Shown: positions 24,971 to 37,500 of the stretch, one piece after another
How positions within the stretch are numbered: position 1 is the first letter of the stretch
Layout of the letters: the number at the start of each line of letters is the position of its first letter
Origin: Carcharhinus amblyrhynchos
Taxonomy: Eukaryota
Reading direction: 5' to 3'
Assembly: GCA_965287045.1 (NCBI GenBank)
Contig: OZ336872.1
Coordinates: 33,666,001-33,730,000 of the forward strand
Length of the DNA: 64,000 bases
Program-made: the position numbers and the translations under genes
The notes under the pieces: model-generated
Told to the model about the DNA's origin: nothing
Seen by the model: only the letters and a program-made list of their open reading frames with translations
The model's database searches: none

Positions 24971-27677
24971 ATAGCATCAAGGTGGTAGCAAGGGATGATA
25001 TTGGAGCCAAGGAGCAGAAAGTGGAATCGTTGTGGGTGGAGATTAGGAACAGCAAAGGGAGGAAGACGCTGGTGGGTGTCGTCTATAGGCCCCCGAATAA
25101 TGATCTGGAGGTGGGGCGGGCTGTTAACGCGCAAATAAGTGCGGCGTGCAGGAATGGGACGGCCGTAGTTATGGGGGATTTCAATCTGCATATTGATTGG
25201 TCGACCCATGTTGGACGCGGTGGGCTCGAGGAGGAGTTCCTGGAATGCTGCCGGGATAGTTTCCTGGAACAGTGCATGTTGGAGCCGACGAGGGAGAGAG
25301 GTATCTTGGATCTCGTGCTATGTAATGAGGCGGGTAGAATTAGGGACCTTGCGGTGAAGGATTCTCTTGGGGAGAGTGATCATTGTATGGTGGAGTTTCT
25401 GGTGCAGATGGAGGAGGAGAAAGTGGGTTCCCAGACACGCGTACTTTGTTTGAATAGAGGGGAGTATGGTAGGATGAGAGAAGAATTGCCGAATGTTGAC
25501 TGGGGGAGCGCGTTGGAGGGAGGGTCTGCTGAGGAGCAGTGGAGGATCTTTAAGGAGATCTTTCTTGGTGCTCAGCGGAAATTTATTCCGATGGTCAAAA
25601 AGGACAGTAGGAGGAGAGGTAATCAGCCGTGGATAACGAAGGAGGTGAAGGAAAGTGTTAAATTAAAAGCGGAGGCATTTAGAGTAGCTAAGAGTAGTGG
25701 GCGAGAAGAGGATTGGGAGAGGTTTAAATGTCAACAAAGATTGACAAAGAAGTTGATAAAGAAGGGTAGGAGAAACTATGAAGCTGGGCTAGCGCTTAAT
25801 ATAAAAAAGGATAGCAAGAGTTTTTATAAATATATAAAAAGGAAGAGGCTGGCTAGGGTGAACGTTGGTCCTTTAGAGGAAGAGAAAGGATGACCTAGTG
25901 GTAGGGGATGGGGATATGGCTCAGGTATTGAATAACTTTTTTGTTTCTGTCTTCACGGAGGAGGACATGAATAATTTGCCGGGTGTTAGTGATGGAAAGG
26001 TGGTAGGACTGGAGGGTCTTAATGACATTACTGTTACTAGAGAGGCGGTGCTCGACAGACTGGAGGGGCTGATTGTGGACAAGTCCCCAGGACCGGATGG
26101 AATGCATCCGAGGGTTCTGAAAGAAATGGCGGAGGTGATAGTGGATGCCTTGGTGGTTATTTTCCAGACGTCGCTGGATTCCGGGGAAGTGCCGGAAGAT
26201 TGGAAAACGGCTAATGTTACGCCGTTGTTTAAGAAGGGTGCCAGGCAAAAGGCGGGGAATTATAGGCCGGTTAGTTTAATGCCTGTGGTTAAATGTTAGG
26301 TAAATGTTAGAATCCGTCATTAAGGAGGAAATTGCGAGGCATCTTGAAGGCAATTGCTTGATAGAGCGGACGCAGCATGGTTTCATTAAAGGGAAGTCGT
26401 GTCTGACAAATTTACTGGAGTTCTATGAGGATGTGTCTAGGGTGGTGGATAGAGGAGAGCCGGTGGATGTGGTCTTTCTGGATTTTCAGAAGGCATTTGA
26501 CAAAGTACCTCACAAGAGGTTATTGCAGAAGGTCGAGGGACATGGAGTTGGGGGTAGGGTGTTAGCGTGGATAGAGGATTGGTTGTCAAATAGGAGGCAG
26601 AGAGTGGGGGTCAACGGGTGCTATTCGGATTGGCGGATGGTGACTAGTGGAGTGCCCCAGGGGTCGGTGCTGGGGCCTCAGCTATTTACCATTTATATAG
26701 ATGATCTGGAGGAGGGAACCGAGTGTATGGTGTCGAAATTTGCTGATGACACCAAGATAGGGGGAACGGCAAATTGTGCGGAGGGTGTGGAGAGTCTGCA
26801 GAAGGATCTAGATAGGCTGGGCGAATGGGCCAGGAAATGGCAAATGGAATTTAATGTTGGCAAGTGTGAGGTGGTCCACTTTGGTAGGAATAATGGCAGG
26901 AAGGACTATTACTTACATGGCGAAAAACTGCAGCAGGCGACGGTGCAGAGGGACCTCGGGGTCCTTGTGCATGAGTCACAAAAACCCAGCTTGCAAGTGC
27001 AGCAGGTGGTCAGGAAGGCGAATGGGATGCTGGCCTTCATCGCGAGGGGGATTGAATATAAAAGTAGGGAGGTCTTGCTGCGGCTGTATAGGGCATTGGT
27101 GAGGCCGCAGCTGGAGTACTGTGTGCAGTTTTGGGCGCCGCACCTGCGCAAAGATGTTTTGGCCTTGGAGGGAGTGCAGAGGAGGTTTACTAGGCTGATA
27201 CCGGAGTTGAGGGGGTTGAGCTATGAGGAGAGGCTGAATAAACTGGGCTTGTACTCGTTGGAGTTTAGAAGAATGAGGGGAGATCTCATTGAGACGTATA
27301 AGATGATGAATGGGATGGATAGGATAGAGGTGGAGAGACTCTTCCCGCTCAAAAAAGACAGTAGGACTAGGGGGCACAGCCTCAAGATAAAGGGGGGGCA
27401 GTTTAGAACGGAGTTGAGGAGGAACTTCTTCACTCAAAGGGTGGTGAATCTCTGGAATTCTCTGCCCGTTGAAGTGGTGGAGGCTGCCTCGCTAAATATT
27501 TTTAAGACGCGGGTTGATGGGTTTTTGATAAGAGAGGGGATTAAGGGTTATGGGGAGAGGGCGGGAAGGTGGAACTGAGCCACGACAGATCAGCCATGAT
27601 CTTATTGAATGGCGGGGCAGGCTCGAAGGGCTAGATGGCCTACTCCTGCTCCTATTTCTTATGTTCTTATGTTCTTA
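24971..27677 (+). mobile_element. Young CR1 LINE with near-intact ORF2 (APE endonuclease + RT), 5'-truncated
   Basis: VYRPP, MGDFN, LDLVL and SDH endonuclease motifs. KSPGPDG, LDFQKAFDKVPH, GVPQGSVLGP and FADD RT motifs. Only two frameshifts (about 25890 and 26290). (TTCTTATG)n tail. Confidence 0.97.
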
Positions 27678-28256
27678 AACCACATTTTCAGATGGTTCAC
27701 AGCACAGCACAATTACCCAGGGGAGGTTTGCACTTTTGGATAATTACCATGCAAACTCTTTACCAATGTATTTCAGAGAAGGATTCCTCAGTGTATCTTT
27801 GGGGTAACCCCGAAGTCCGGCACAGGGGGTTTTGGAAGGTACAGCCTATTTTGTCTTAGGTGGTCTCCTTGTTCCATCTATCTTGAAGATCTTACTGACT
27901 TTCATATGTTGTGAAAACCAAGAATATAGTAACAGAGCCTGCCTGTAGGCCAGTGCTAATGTTGTTGCAGAGTTGGCCATGAGCATGAGAGTTGATTTGT
28001 ACTAGTTTCCAGAGACAAATAAATCAGATTTTGCAGACCTTAGTGACCACAGATCCAGGAAATTCTACTCTAGGTCTGTGGTGTATGATCTGTCAGTTAT
28101 AAATTGGAGCACATTAGAGATTGAATAATGGTTATTTACAAACCATATAAATAAAACTTCACTATAAAAAGTCATTCACAGCAGTAGTATAATAACATAG
28201 CTATCCAATTACTCTTTTCCCTTTCGTTTTTTCCTTTAGACTTTAGCTTTGAACTT

Positions 28257-28515
28257 CATAGAATCATAGAATCCCTATAGTGCAGAAGGAAGCCATCCGG
28301 CCCATCGAGCCTGCACTGACAACAATCCCACCCGCTGTAATTCCATTGATTTACTCTGACACTAATGGTCAATTTAGCATGGACAATCAACCTAGCCTGC
28401 ACACCTTTGGAGTGTGGGAGGAAACTGGAGCATCCAGAGGAAACCTATGCAGATACAGGGAGAATGTGCAAACTCCACACAGTCGTCCAAAGTCAGAATT
28501 GAACCTGGGCCTCTG
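28257..28515 (-). mobile_element. HE1-like SINE
   Basis: catagaatcatagaatc tail plus the conserved core. Confidence 0.85.
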
Positions 28516-28725
28516 GCAGCAGAACTAACCACTAACTTGTTTAGACGTATTGATGTAAAATTGCAGCAATGCTATCCTCAAAATAAAAATGATAATGTAA
28601 ATTAAACTTCCTTTGCAAAACAAAAATATAATACAAATCTGTGCCTTAATTATTATCTGCTTTTCATATGTTACAGTATGCCAATTTATGATGCTTTCTT
28701 CATTAATGTTTATTCTCTTCTACAG

Positions 28726-28883
28726 AAAAAGAAACTTTTCTGGACCCTTTTGTCCTGGGGAATTTACTACCTGCCTCACTTGGGAGCTATTACAGATACT
28801 CTGGGTCCCTCACAACACCACCATGCAGTGAAATTGTGGAATGGATAGTCTTCAGCAGACCTATCTCCATCTCCCTTGAACAG
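28726..28883 (+). CDS. PTPRG: PTPRG coding exon (approx. human exon 7), CA-like domain with GSLTTPPC motif
   Basis: ctcttctacag|AAAAAG...GAACAG|gtatat, 158 nt, phase 1 to 0. Translates (E)[52 protein letters not shown], in frame with the previous exon. Confidence 0.97.
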
Positions 28884-30049
28884 GTATATATTCAGTGGCA
28901 ATATGGGAATGCATGAACCTGCCCTTTACTCTGGGCTACAGATTTCTAAAGCAACAGTCATTTTAATTAAAGAAAGTGTTGCCTTTTCACAAACACCAAT
29001 GGCTTTTTTGGAACCGATCTCACCATTGAATAGCTGTTGTCATGCAAACAGAAATGTGTGAATGAACAAATTTACAGTGATAAAAAGGTTGATGCATGTC
29101 GGCGCTTTTACATTTAGCACTTAAGCTTATCTGAGGCTTTGGTTTTGTCCTTGAGAAGGTCAGTTAGCTGATTTCATCATATTTTAGCATACAGTAAACC
29201 AAACTGCTTTCTTAGATATAAATCTTGTACAGCTTTTGCCAGATGTTATCATGTTCATTTGCAATACAATGATTGTGGGCATTTAAAATTGTCAGCAGTG
29301 TTCAACATCTTTAACAAAACATTTTGTGCTGAGGTACTGTGATAGAAGGTGGCAGCGACACATGTTCTTTGGACACAGGATGTATTTATTGTCATTTTTT
29401 TTTGCCATTGCTTTGGAGCATTATTTTGATATGCAGAAGTATATTGCCAACTCTAAATCGCCTTCACAATGTGGTGCTCACTGCATCTAGATGCCTGGGA
29501 TGTGAAGAAAGGGCTGATTTTATATTAACTAATCAGCACTGTCATGTTGAGTCATGCAGATATTTTCAAAGTGAGATTCAGCAATCAGCTCTGTCACAAG
29601 GATAAATTATTATTGATGATTGAAAAGGAATAGCTCTAAAATCACTGCTCTTAAAAGTTAACTTTTTTTTGTCATTACCACTAACTAGATTCCAAATATA
29701 TGTTTGCTTAATTTCCTTCTAAAATTGTTTTAAAAATTGATAATTTTTGTTCCTTTTGAGGAAGGGAATAACTTTTGTGCTCATCAGAGAAGATTTATGA
29801 CACAAAAGGAGGCCAATTCACTCACTCAGCAGGATTTTATGGCCTTATTTGTCCTGACCGAGGTCAACGGACCTTTCCATGTTCCGCCCCTCGCCTGCTC
29901 CAATTCACGTGGTTAGCGGGTCAGTAAAATTCTGGTTATTGTGTCCACATGAGAAGAATTAACCCACTTAACCTTGCATTCTGCTCTGGTTGTGCAGCCC
30001 TGTGCATTATGGCTGCTCACCTAAATTTGACTATTCTAATGCACTCCTT

Positions 30050-31150
30050 GCCAGCTTTCCACATTCCTTGCTGCAGCTCCTGGAAGCTCTTGTATCAGAG
30101 CTGGAATGCTGACTGGGGCTACTTTGGAGCATCCCCCAGTCTGAGAGCATCATGGATAGCACGTTCAAAGAGGTGATTATACCACAGCTGAAGAGACTTG
30201 AGCAAAGAAGGGAATGGGTAACCAATAGGCAGTCCAAGAGAAACAGGCAGATAGTTCAGGAATACCCGTGGGTCCCACTCTCAAATCAGTATTCATTTTG
30301 GAGGCTGATGAGGATGCTGGTTCCTCCAGAGAGTGCAAACAGAGCCAAGCTTCTGGCAACACAAGCAGCCTGCCTGTACAGGAGGCGAGGAAGAGCAATC
30401 ATGATAGAGGACTTTGTAGTCAGGGGACAGATATGTGATACTGTGGCCATCAATGTGACTGCAAGATGGTGTGTTGCCTCCTTGGTGCCAGGGTCAGTGT
30501 TGTCACTGAATGGCTACAGGGCATCCTGAGGGGGGAGGATGATGAGGCTTGTCGGTATAAATGACATAAGTAAGTAGAAGGATGAGGTCTTGCATCAATA
30601 ATTCAGGCCGTTAGGCAGTAGACAAAAAGCAGGACCTTCTGGATTATTCCCAGTGCTACGTGCTAGCGAGCACAGAAATAGAAGAAAAGTGCAGATGAAT
30701 CATAGAATCATAGAACCCTACAGTGCAGAAAGAGGCCCTTCGGTCCATCGAGTCTGCACCGACCATAATCCCACCCAAGCCCTACCCACATATCCTTACA
30801 CATTTACCCGCTAATCCCTCTAACCTATGCATCCCAGGACACCAATGGGCAATTTTAGCGTGGCCAATCAACCTAACCCGCACATCTTTGGACTGTGGGA
30901 GGAAACCGGAGCACCTGAAGGAAACCCACACAGACACGAGGAGAATGTGCAAACTCCACACAGACAGTGACCCGAGCTGAGAATCGAATACATGGCTTAA
31001 GAATTGATGTAGGAAGAAAGGTTTTCGATCCCTGCATCACTGGAATGATTTCTGGGGAAGATGGGACCCGTACAAGTCGGATGGTCTACATCTGAACCAG
31101 AGTGGCATTAACATCCTTGCAGTGCTATTGGGAGGAGTTTATGCTAATTC
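30050..31150 (+). mobile_element. Degenerate CR1 ORF1 (SGNH esterase), interrupted by an antisense SINE at about 30701-30988
   Basis: RAIMIEDFVVRG (GDS-motif remnant), CCLLGARV, SGLFPV and DGLHLNQSG (DxxH) remnants. Confidence 0.7.
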
Positions 31151-31217
31151 GCCAGAAGAAGGGGACTCAGACTGTCATCAGAATTGGCATCAAGCATAAT
31201 GCATAAAACAATCAAGG

Positions 31218-31350
31218 CTGACGAAGGGTCATCTTGACTTGAAACATTGGCACTATTCTCTGCCCACAGATATTAACAGACCTGTTGGAATTTTCCAGCG
31301 TTTTCTGTTTCTCGTCTCAGGTTCCAGCATCTGCAGTCTTTTTGCTTTTA
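31218..31350 (+). mobile_element. Penelope-like pLTR fragment (second family) with degenerate hammerhead motif
   Basis: ctgacgaagggtca-tct-tgacttgaaacatt followed by cacagat...agacctg...ttttccagc. Relatives near 13010-13100 (-), 16300-16590, 34780-34960 and 44682-44740. Confidence 0.6.
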
Positions 31351-31361
31351 CCTTTGATTGT

Positions 31362-31735
31362 TTTCATTGGAATAGAGAAGACCGAGGAGCGACCTGATCA
31401 AAGCGTAGAAGATTATGAGGAGCATAGACAGGGTGGATAGGGAGTAGTTGTTCCCATTAGTTAGAGGGTCAGTCTTGAGGGGACACAAGTTCAAGGTGAG
31501 GGTTTAGGGAAAATGTGAGGAAAAACCTTTTTTATCCAGAGGTTGATGACAGTGTGGAGTGCACTGCCTGAGAGGGTAGCGGAGGCAGGTTGCCTCATAT
31601 CCTTTAAAAAGTACCTGGATGAGCACATTCAAGACTATAGACCAAATGCTGATAAATAGGATTAGTTAGGTAGGTCAGGTGTTTTTCATGTGCAGGCTCA
31701 ATGGGCCAGAGGGCCCCTTCTGCACTGTGTGACTC
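31362..31735 (+). mobile_element. Older CR1 subfamily 3' end
   Basis: Degenerate RSDLIKA..IMRSIDRVD...WSALPE peptide. 3' UTR gggccagagggccccttctgcactgt resembles the HE1 SINE tail. Confidence 0.7.
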
Positions 31736-31774
31736 TTTTTGAGAGTGGAATTTGGAAACAGTTGTGTGACAATC

Positions 31775-31777
<3 letters not shown>

Positions 31778-31807
<30 letters not shown>
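31778..31807 (+). repeat. (TG)15 microsatellite
   Basis: Direct read. Confidence 0.95.
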
Positions 31808-31809
<2 letters not shown>

Positions 31810-33194
31810 GGGGGAGAGAGAGAGCAAATTTAAGGAGAAATCCACAGAAGTTTACTTGGGTGTTGTCTGCCATTTGGTTTCAGAGTGGAGTGTGTCAGCC
31901 TATGGGTTTAAAGAGACTTGTTTACTAAGAACATCATAGTATAAGATGTATTTTGTAATCTGTGTATTCTTAAAATCCGTGTACATTTGTGAAGATAAGT
32001 GGGAAAAGGTGTATTGTATTGGAGCCCAAACTTTTTATTTTTTGTTATTATTAAAAGCTAATTGCCATCTCTGCAACTCTGACTTTTTTTAGGAAAAAAT
32101 GAATAGTCATTTGAGCCAGGGTTCCATTGTGGGATCTTCCTGTCGAGTAGTAACATCTTGTTCGTTAGCCAATCCTTTGTCCGTTCTAATTCCCACCAAT
32201 ACCATGAGCTCTTGTTCAGTAATCCTTTCTGTGACATCTCATCAAATGTCTTTTGGAAATCCAAATATATTAAATTTACTCATTCCCCTTTATCTATTCT
32301 GCCTGTTACATCCTCAAATAAGTTTATTAGTTCCCTTGCACAAAATCATGTTGACACTGCCTAATTGTATTATGATTTTCTAAATGTTCTGCCATACCTC
32401 CTTAGTAATGAATTATCATATTTTCCCAAGAAAGGATCCCTTGGAGACACCAGAAGTAAATGTACTGCAATTATCAGAGTAGCAATTGATGGCAAATCTT
32501 TGATTACAATTAAACTTGTGGTTGCAAATTTTGGTTTAGTTTTTGTGTTAATGTTTGCCATTGTAAATTGTTATGTCAATATTTCTCATTCAGCTTTTGA
32601 TTTTTCAACTGACTTTAGCCACTAGATAGATAAAGATGCAAAATGTTCACAAGTCTCTCTCCCAATTTTATCATCATCTTCTCTGAAAGCAGCTTGCATT
32701 AATTATCTGATCATGGCCAATGTCACGAGCAATTTACTTGAATCAAATAAAATTGGACTCTCGTTACATTGGGTTATGAGTACATTTACTAACCACAAGC
32801 TCCTAACTACTGTCTATTTAAGCGCACACTCTGTTTCGTGTTCTGAGTATGTCTGGAAAAAGTGAAGCTTCAATTCACATTGTTTTTAAGTGTGTGCTTA
32901 TATTTCACCAATATGGCTGATGCATCTCATAAACTCACATGGAGAACTTTGAAAGACCGTAGTGGTGGTTTTGCAATAATAATATTATACCTTTGCTTAA
33001 GGGTATCTAAAATGCATTTGTCCCACCCAAAAGCATTCTTTGATATACTTCAAACCTGATTTAATATACATTGCATTTCGTTCTCTCAGTAACGGAGAAA
33101 AGGCTGAAAGCATTGTATCCTTTAAGACAGCTCAGGTTTCTCATAGATCATTTCTGATACAAACCTGTGCACATATACAATCAGGTGAAAAGGA

Positions 33195-34280
33195 GTAGAA
33201 TGGCTCCCCTCTTTTCTCACTCCTTGTTTGAATGTAACAAAGTTTTTAAAAAGGATATGCTTGCCAATTCAATGAGTGTTTAACAGTTTACATGCTCTGA
33301 CTGTAAACAACACACAAAATGTTGTCCGTAGATTTTTAAAGAGAGTAGTTTTTTTTTGTACTTAATAACCAAATCTAAAGACAACAGTACCTCTCACACA
33401 TTCGTAAATTCAAGAATTCACATCCACACAGATACATTACAAAGCAACAAGATAGATTAAGTAAATTGAAAATCCCAAAAGAGTCTGTTGTATATGGATT
33501 CAGTAGCTTGATGCCTTGGATGGTTTCAGACTGGGCTCGATGGTCTTTTTAGATTCTGTTTTGAGACAACTTTAAAAGATTTTGTTGGATGATTTATACC
33601 TTCACTTCTGGATTCAGCAACTTCTGGGTTGATTCTTAAAAACATTGCCTGCAATGTGCAGATAGTCAAACAACTGGTGGGGCTCAAGCCTACATAATGG
33701 ATGGAGAAGAGAGAAAGCCCATTCAGAGTCCTTCTTCTTCTACGTTTCTGCTTCCAGTGTTCTCTGCTTCTTTTCTCTTCCCTGATGAAAAGCAGTTTCT
33801 TAAAACAAAAAAAAGAGTTGGTTAGTTCATCTCATTATCCCCCTCTCACCAACTGATCAGTTACTCAAACATGGTTATAACAAATTGGTTCCAGGTCCAT
33901 GGACATGATTAGATTATGGCTAGAAGAGTTCCTTTCTCAGCCAGAGTTGCTTGTTCAAAGTCATTGTGTCTAATGCCTTGTTCCCAACTCAGTTGGATAT
34001 ACAGGATTGTCAGGATGTTTTGTGAATTGTTCAGGAGATGAACGATTCACATTCCTCAAAATTGATTGTCACTTTTAGGTTCTTGTAGACAATCTGGTTC
34101 CGTTACAATGGCTTCGTAATCTGCAGGGTACATGTATGTTAATATTTGGTGATCTTAGAAGCTGCTTTTTAATTTCACTGAAATGTGGTTATTCCAAGAA
34201 TAATGCTTAAAACTCAAGTATTGATTTTATCCCAATAGATAAATAAAATAATTTTCAATATAAAACATGACTTTATAACA
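33195..34280. mobile_element. Possible solo LTR
   Basis: About 1.1-kb block ending catgactttataaCA. Overall composition similar to 44743-45503. 5' TG and TSD not clear. Confidence 0.3.
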
Positions 34281-34448
34281 ATATTACATTAAATTAAGCT
34301 GTATTGTCCTCTGATTTTTAAATTTGAACTCAGTTTTATATCAGTTTGGCATCATGGTTTCCTGCCATTTCGTAACCTAGATATTCCATTATGAATGATT
34401 CATTCTCAAGCCACTATTAATTTCTTCACGTTTGATTGCTTTGTGCAG

Positions 34449-34629
34449 CTGGATGCTTTTTATTCCATATTTACCACTGAACAGCAAGATCATGTCAAAT
34501 CATTGGAGTACTTGAGGAACAACTTCCGACCACAACAGAATCTGAATGGCAGGGTGGTCTACAAGTCTGTAGTCAAAGACTCATGGAACCAGGCAACTGA
34601 GAACCCGGGGATCCTACATTTTACAGAAG
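34449..34629 (+). CDS. PTPRG: PTPRG coding exon (approx. human exon 8), end of CA-like domain
   Basis: tttgtgcag|CTGGAT...ACAGAAG|gtattt, 181 nt, phase 0 to 1. Translates [48 protein letters not shown]..., matching recalled human [30 protein letters not shown]. Confidence 0.97.
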
Positions 34630-35895
34630 GTATTTTTATTTCTGTTAGCTCAATGTAGCAAAGTAGCTACATTGATTAAAGTGATATACAGAGTGTAGGG
34701 TAAAATGGTTTGTGCATTCTGAAACAGTGAGGCGGAGTCGTACACTATCTTGCAGAACCAGTTTCAGATCCAACTAGTTTCAAATTGAATGCGACATCTT
34801 CTTCAGAAATTCAGAACTTCAAAATGTTTCTGAGGAAGAGTAATACTTGACTTGAAATTGCAATTCTATATCTCTCTCCACAGATGCTGCCAGATCTGCT
34901 GAGTATTTCCTGCACTTCCTTTTTTATTTCAAATTTGCTACATGTTAGAATTTTCCTTTTATATCAGATCCATCTAAATTGTTTTTTAGAATGGAACATA
35001 GACTCTTTATTGAATTTTTTAAAAAATTGTGCCTTGCTCTCTTTGGAGTTAAGGCATATATTGAAAGCTAATGTACAAACCACTTAGATTAAGGTCTTGA
35101 AAACATTCTCCCTCCAAAGACGCTTTTATTTGTAACATCTGTTGAGATTTTTGGAGAACCATGGCTTTGCTTGGTAAAAGTTGTTTTGTGGGACCTTAAT
35201 TAACCTATTATTTTATTGAAATTGCTGATATCAAAACTAAAATGCATGAATAAGCAATGAAACAATTACGGTGGTAATTTAATGTTTTGTATTTCGTTTT
35301 ACTCGTTTGAAGCTGAATAATTGGTTTAAAAATAGATATCAAATTGAAAAATGATTGGCTTAGGTAGAAGTGTAGTAATATGCATTGTTTTCTAACAGTG
35401 ATGTCATGTGAAAGTGATATTTGAATTTAAGCATGATTTTTATCATGATGTGCGATTTTAAACAAAAGATTGCCAAAGAACTGAAAATAGTGCCCCTTCA
35501 TGATTGATTTTGAACTTAGTGCTTTAATGTGCTCCTGTTGTGGCATAAAGTGTCCTAGTGCTTTCAAATTATTGTCAATAGTTACAAAACTTCCTGCAGC
35601 ACTTTGTTCTTCCCTACTTTTAAAGGATCAAAAGGTTTGATTTCAAGAAAATAGAAAATGCAGCAGCTGCTGTGAAGAGGGAATAAATTTATGTAGTGCC
35701 TTTTGTTGGTAGGATGTTCAAAAATAGTTTGCAGTCACTAATGTAATTTTGAAGCGTAATCGCGGTTGCATTGTAAGCATAAATGGAAGCCAATTTGCAT
35801 ACAGCAAGGTACATCAGCAACAATGAGACTGACACTTAATCTTGCTGTAACCTTTCCAATACAATGATACTATCTTCCTTATTTTTTAAAAGCTA

Positions 35896-36155
35896 AGTTT
35901 ATTTATTAGTCACAAGTAAGTCTTACATTAACACTGCAAAGAAGTTACTGTGAAATTCCCCTAGTCGCCACACTCCGGAGCCTGTTCGGATCAATACACC
36001 TAACCAGCACATCTTTCAGACTGTGGGAGGAAACTGGAGCACCCTGAGGAAATCCACACAGACACAGGGAAAACAGTCCACACAGACAGTGACCCAAGCC
36101 AGGAATCAAACCCAGATCCCTGACGCTGAGAAGCAGCAGTGCTAACCACTGTGCC
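35896..36155 (-). mobile_element. HE1-like SINE with alternative tail
   Basis: Same structure as 4388-4672 and 60812-61078. Confidence 0.8.
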
Positions 36156-37367
36156 TCAAATAATAGTTTATTCTTCATCGAATTTAGTTTTAAAAAATTA
36201 TTTCACATGCAAATAACAAAAAATAAATGTTAGTATATCCAAAGATGTGCAAATTAGGTGGATTGATGATGGGGTTACGGAGGTAAGGCAGAGAGTGGAC
36301 CTGGGCGGAGTGCCCTTTTGCATGGTCGGTGCAGACTTGTTTGGACAAATGCCCTCCTCCCGCACTGTAGGGATTTAATGACGAACTACGCAATTGTTGG
36401 TGAAGAACAGCAAGTTACAAAGTGGGGCAAGTTTTTGTTTTTGAGAAGATGGAATTTTTATAATGTGTCTTAGAGGAAATATAAATAGAAAGCTGGTTGA
36501 TGAACAACAATTAGACATGGCAAATGAGCATCAGAAGAATGGTTGGAAATTATAATAACAAACTGTTGATATTGGATTGCTTTTGTTCTCTGTATGTATA
36601 GATGATTTGGACTGGTCATAGGGAACATTACTTGCTGATGATACAAAAGTATAAGATATGGCAAATATCAAGAAGTGCAAAAAACTGCAGAAAGGTATAA
36701 GTTAGCAAAATAGCTGGTCTACTTTATTGTGAATAAACACTATAGCACTACATTTTGGAAAAACATAAAACTGCAGTGGGAGTGGATGAACAGGTAATGG
36801 GAATGACATTATTGCCATCGTGCTGAATTTTAGGGCACTCCTGCTTTCCAACCTGTCCTCAGGTGGACCGCAAAATTCCAAACACCATTTCTAAATTTGA
36901 GATTGGCAGTAATTGAAGAGAACAGTCAATACTAAAGAGAACTGCTCCAAAGAGAAGAGAAAATACAAATGGTAGGATACTCTTGGAAGTATTCTGAAGA
37001 ATTGGGTAGACAGAGGGACTACAGGTTCATATACACAATCCCCTAAATGTGCAACTGCAGGTCATCATTAAAAAGGGTACTGAAATTTTGGGCTTTATAA
37101 ATAGGTGTACACAGTATCAGAAAAAAAAGATAACGTATTTGTACACACATTGGTGAGGTCAGTGTTAAATGCCAGTGTGAGACTTTGTGAATCCCATTGA
37201 AGAAAGGGCATTTAAAGACCTGGGATGGAGTTCTGCCAAAAAATTTCAAAGTGTCATACGGCGAGAACAATGGAATGATCCACATCAGCTACCACAGCAC
37301 ACTCTGCATCACAATCCACTGACACTAAGTGCACTTAAAGAGCCATAATGTGAATGTAGTCTCCAGG

Positions 37368-37500
37368 CACGTGACGAAGGGACTAACCCTGAAAGCTTGT
37401 GAGTTTACGATCAAATAAATCGGTTGGACTTAAACCTGGTGTTGTCAGACTTTTTACTGTGTTTACCCCAGTCCAACGCCGGCATATCCACATCATGACT
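37368..37500 (+). mobile_element. Penelope pLTR fragment with hammerhead-like motif and tail
   Basis: cac-gtgacga-aggg-actaa-ccct-gaaa-gctt-gtg...ccccagtccaacgccggc, homologous to the right arm and tail of 8308-8541. Confidence 0.75.
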
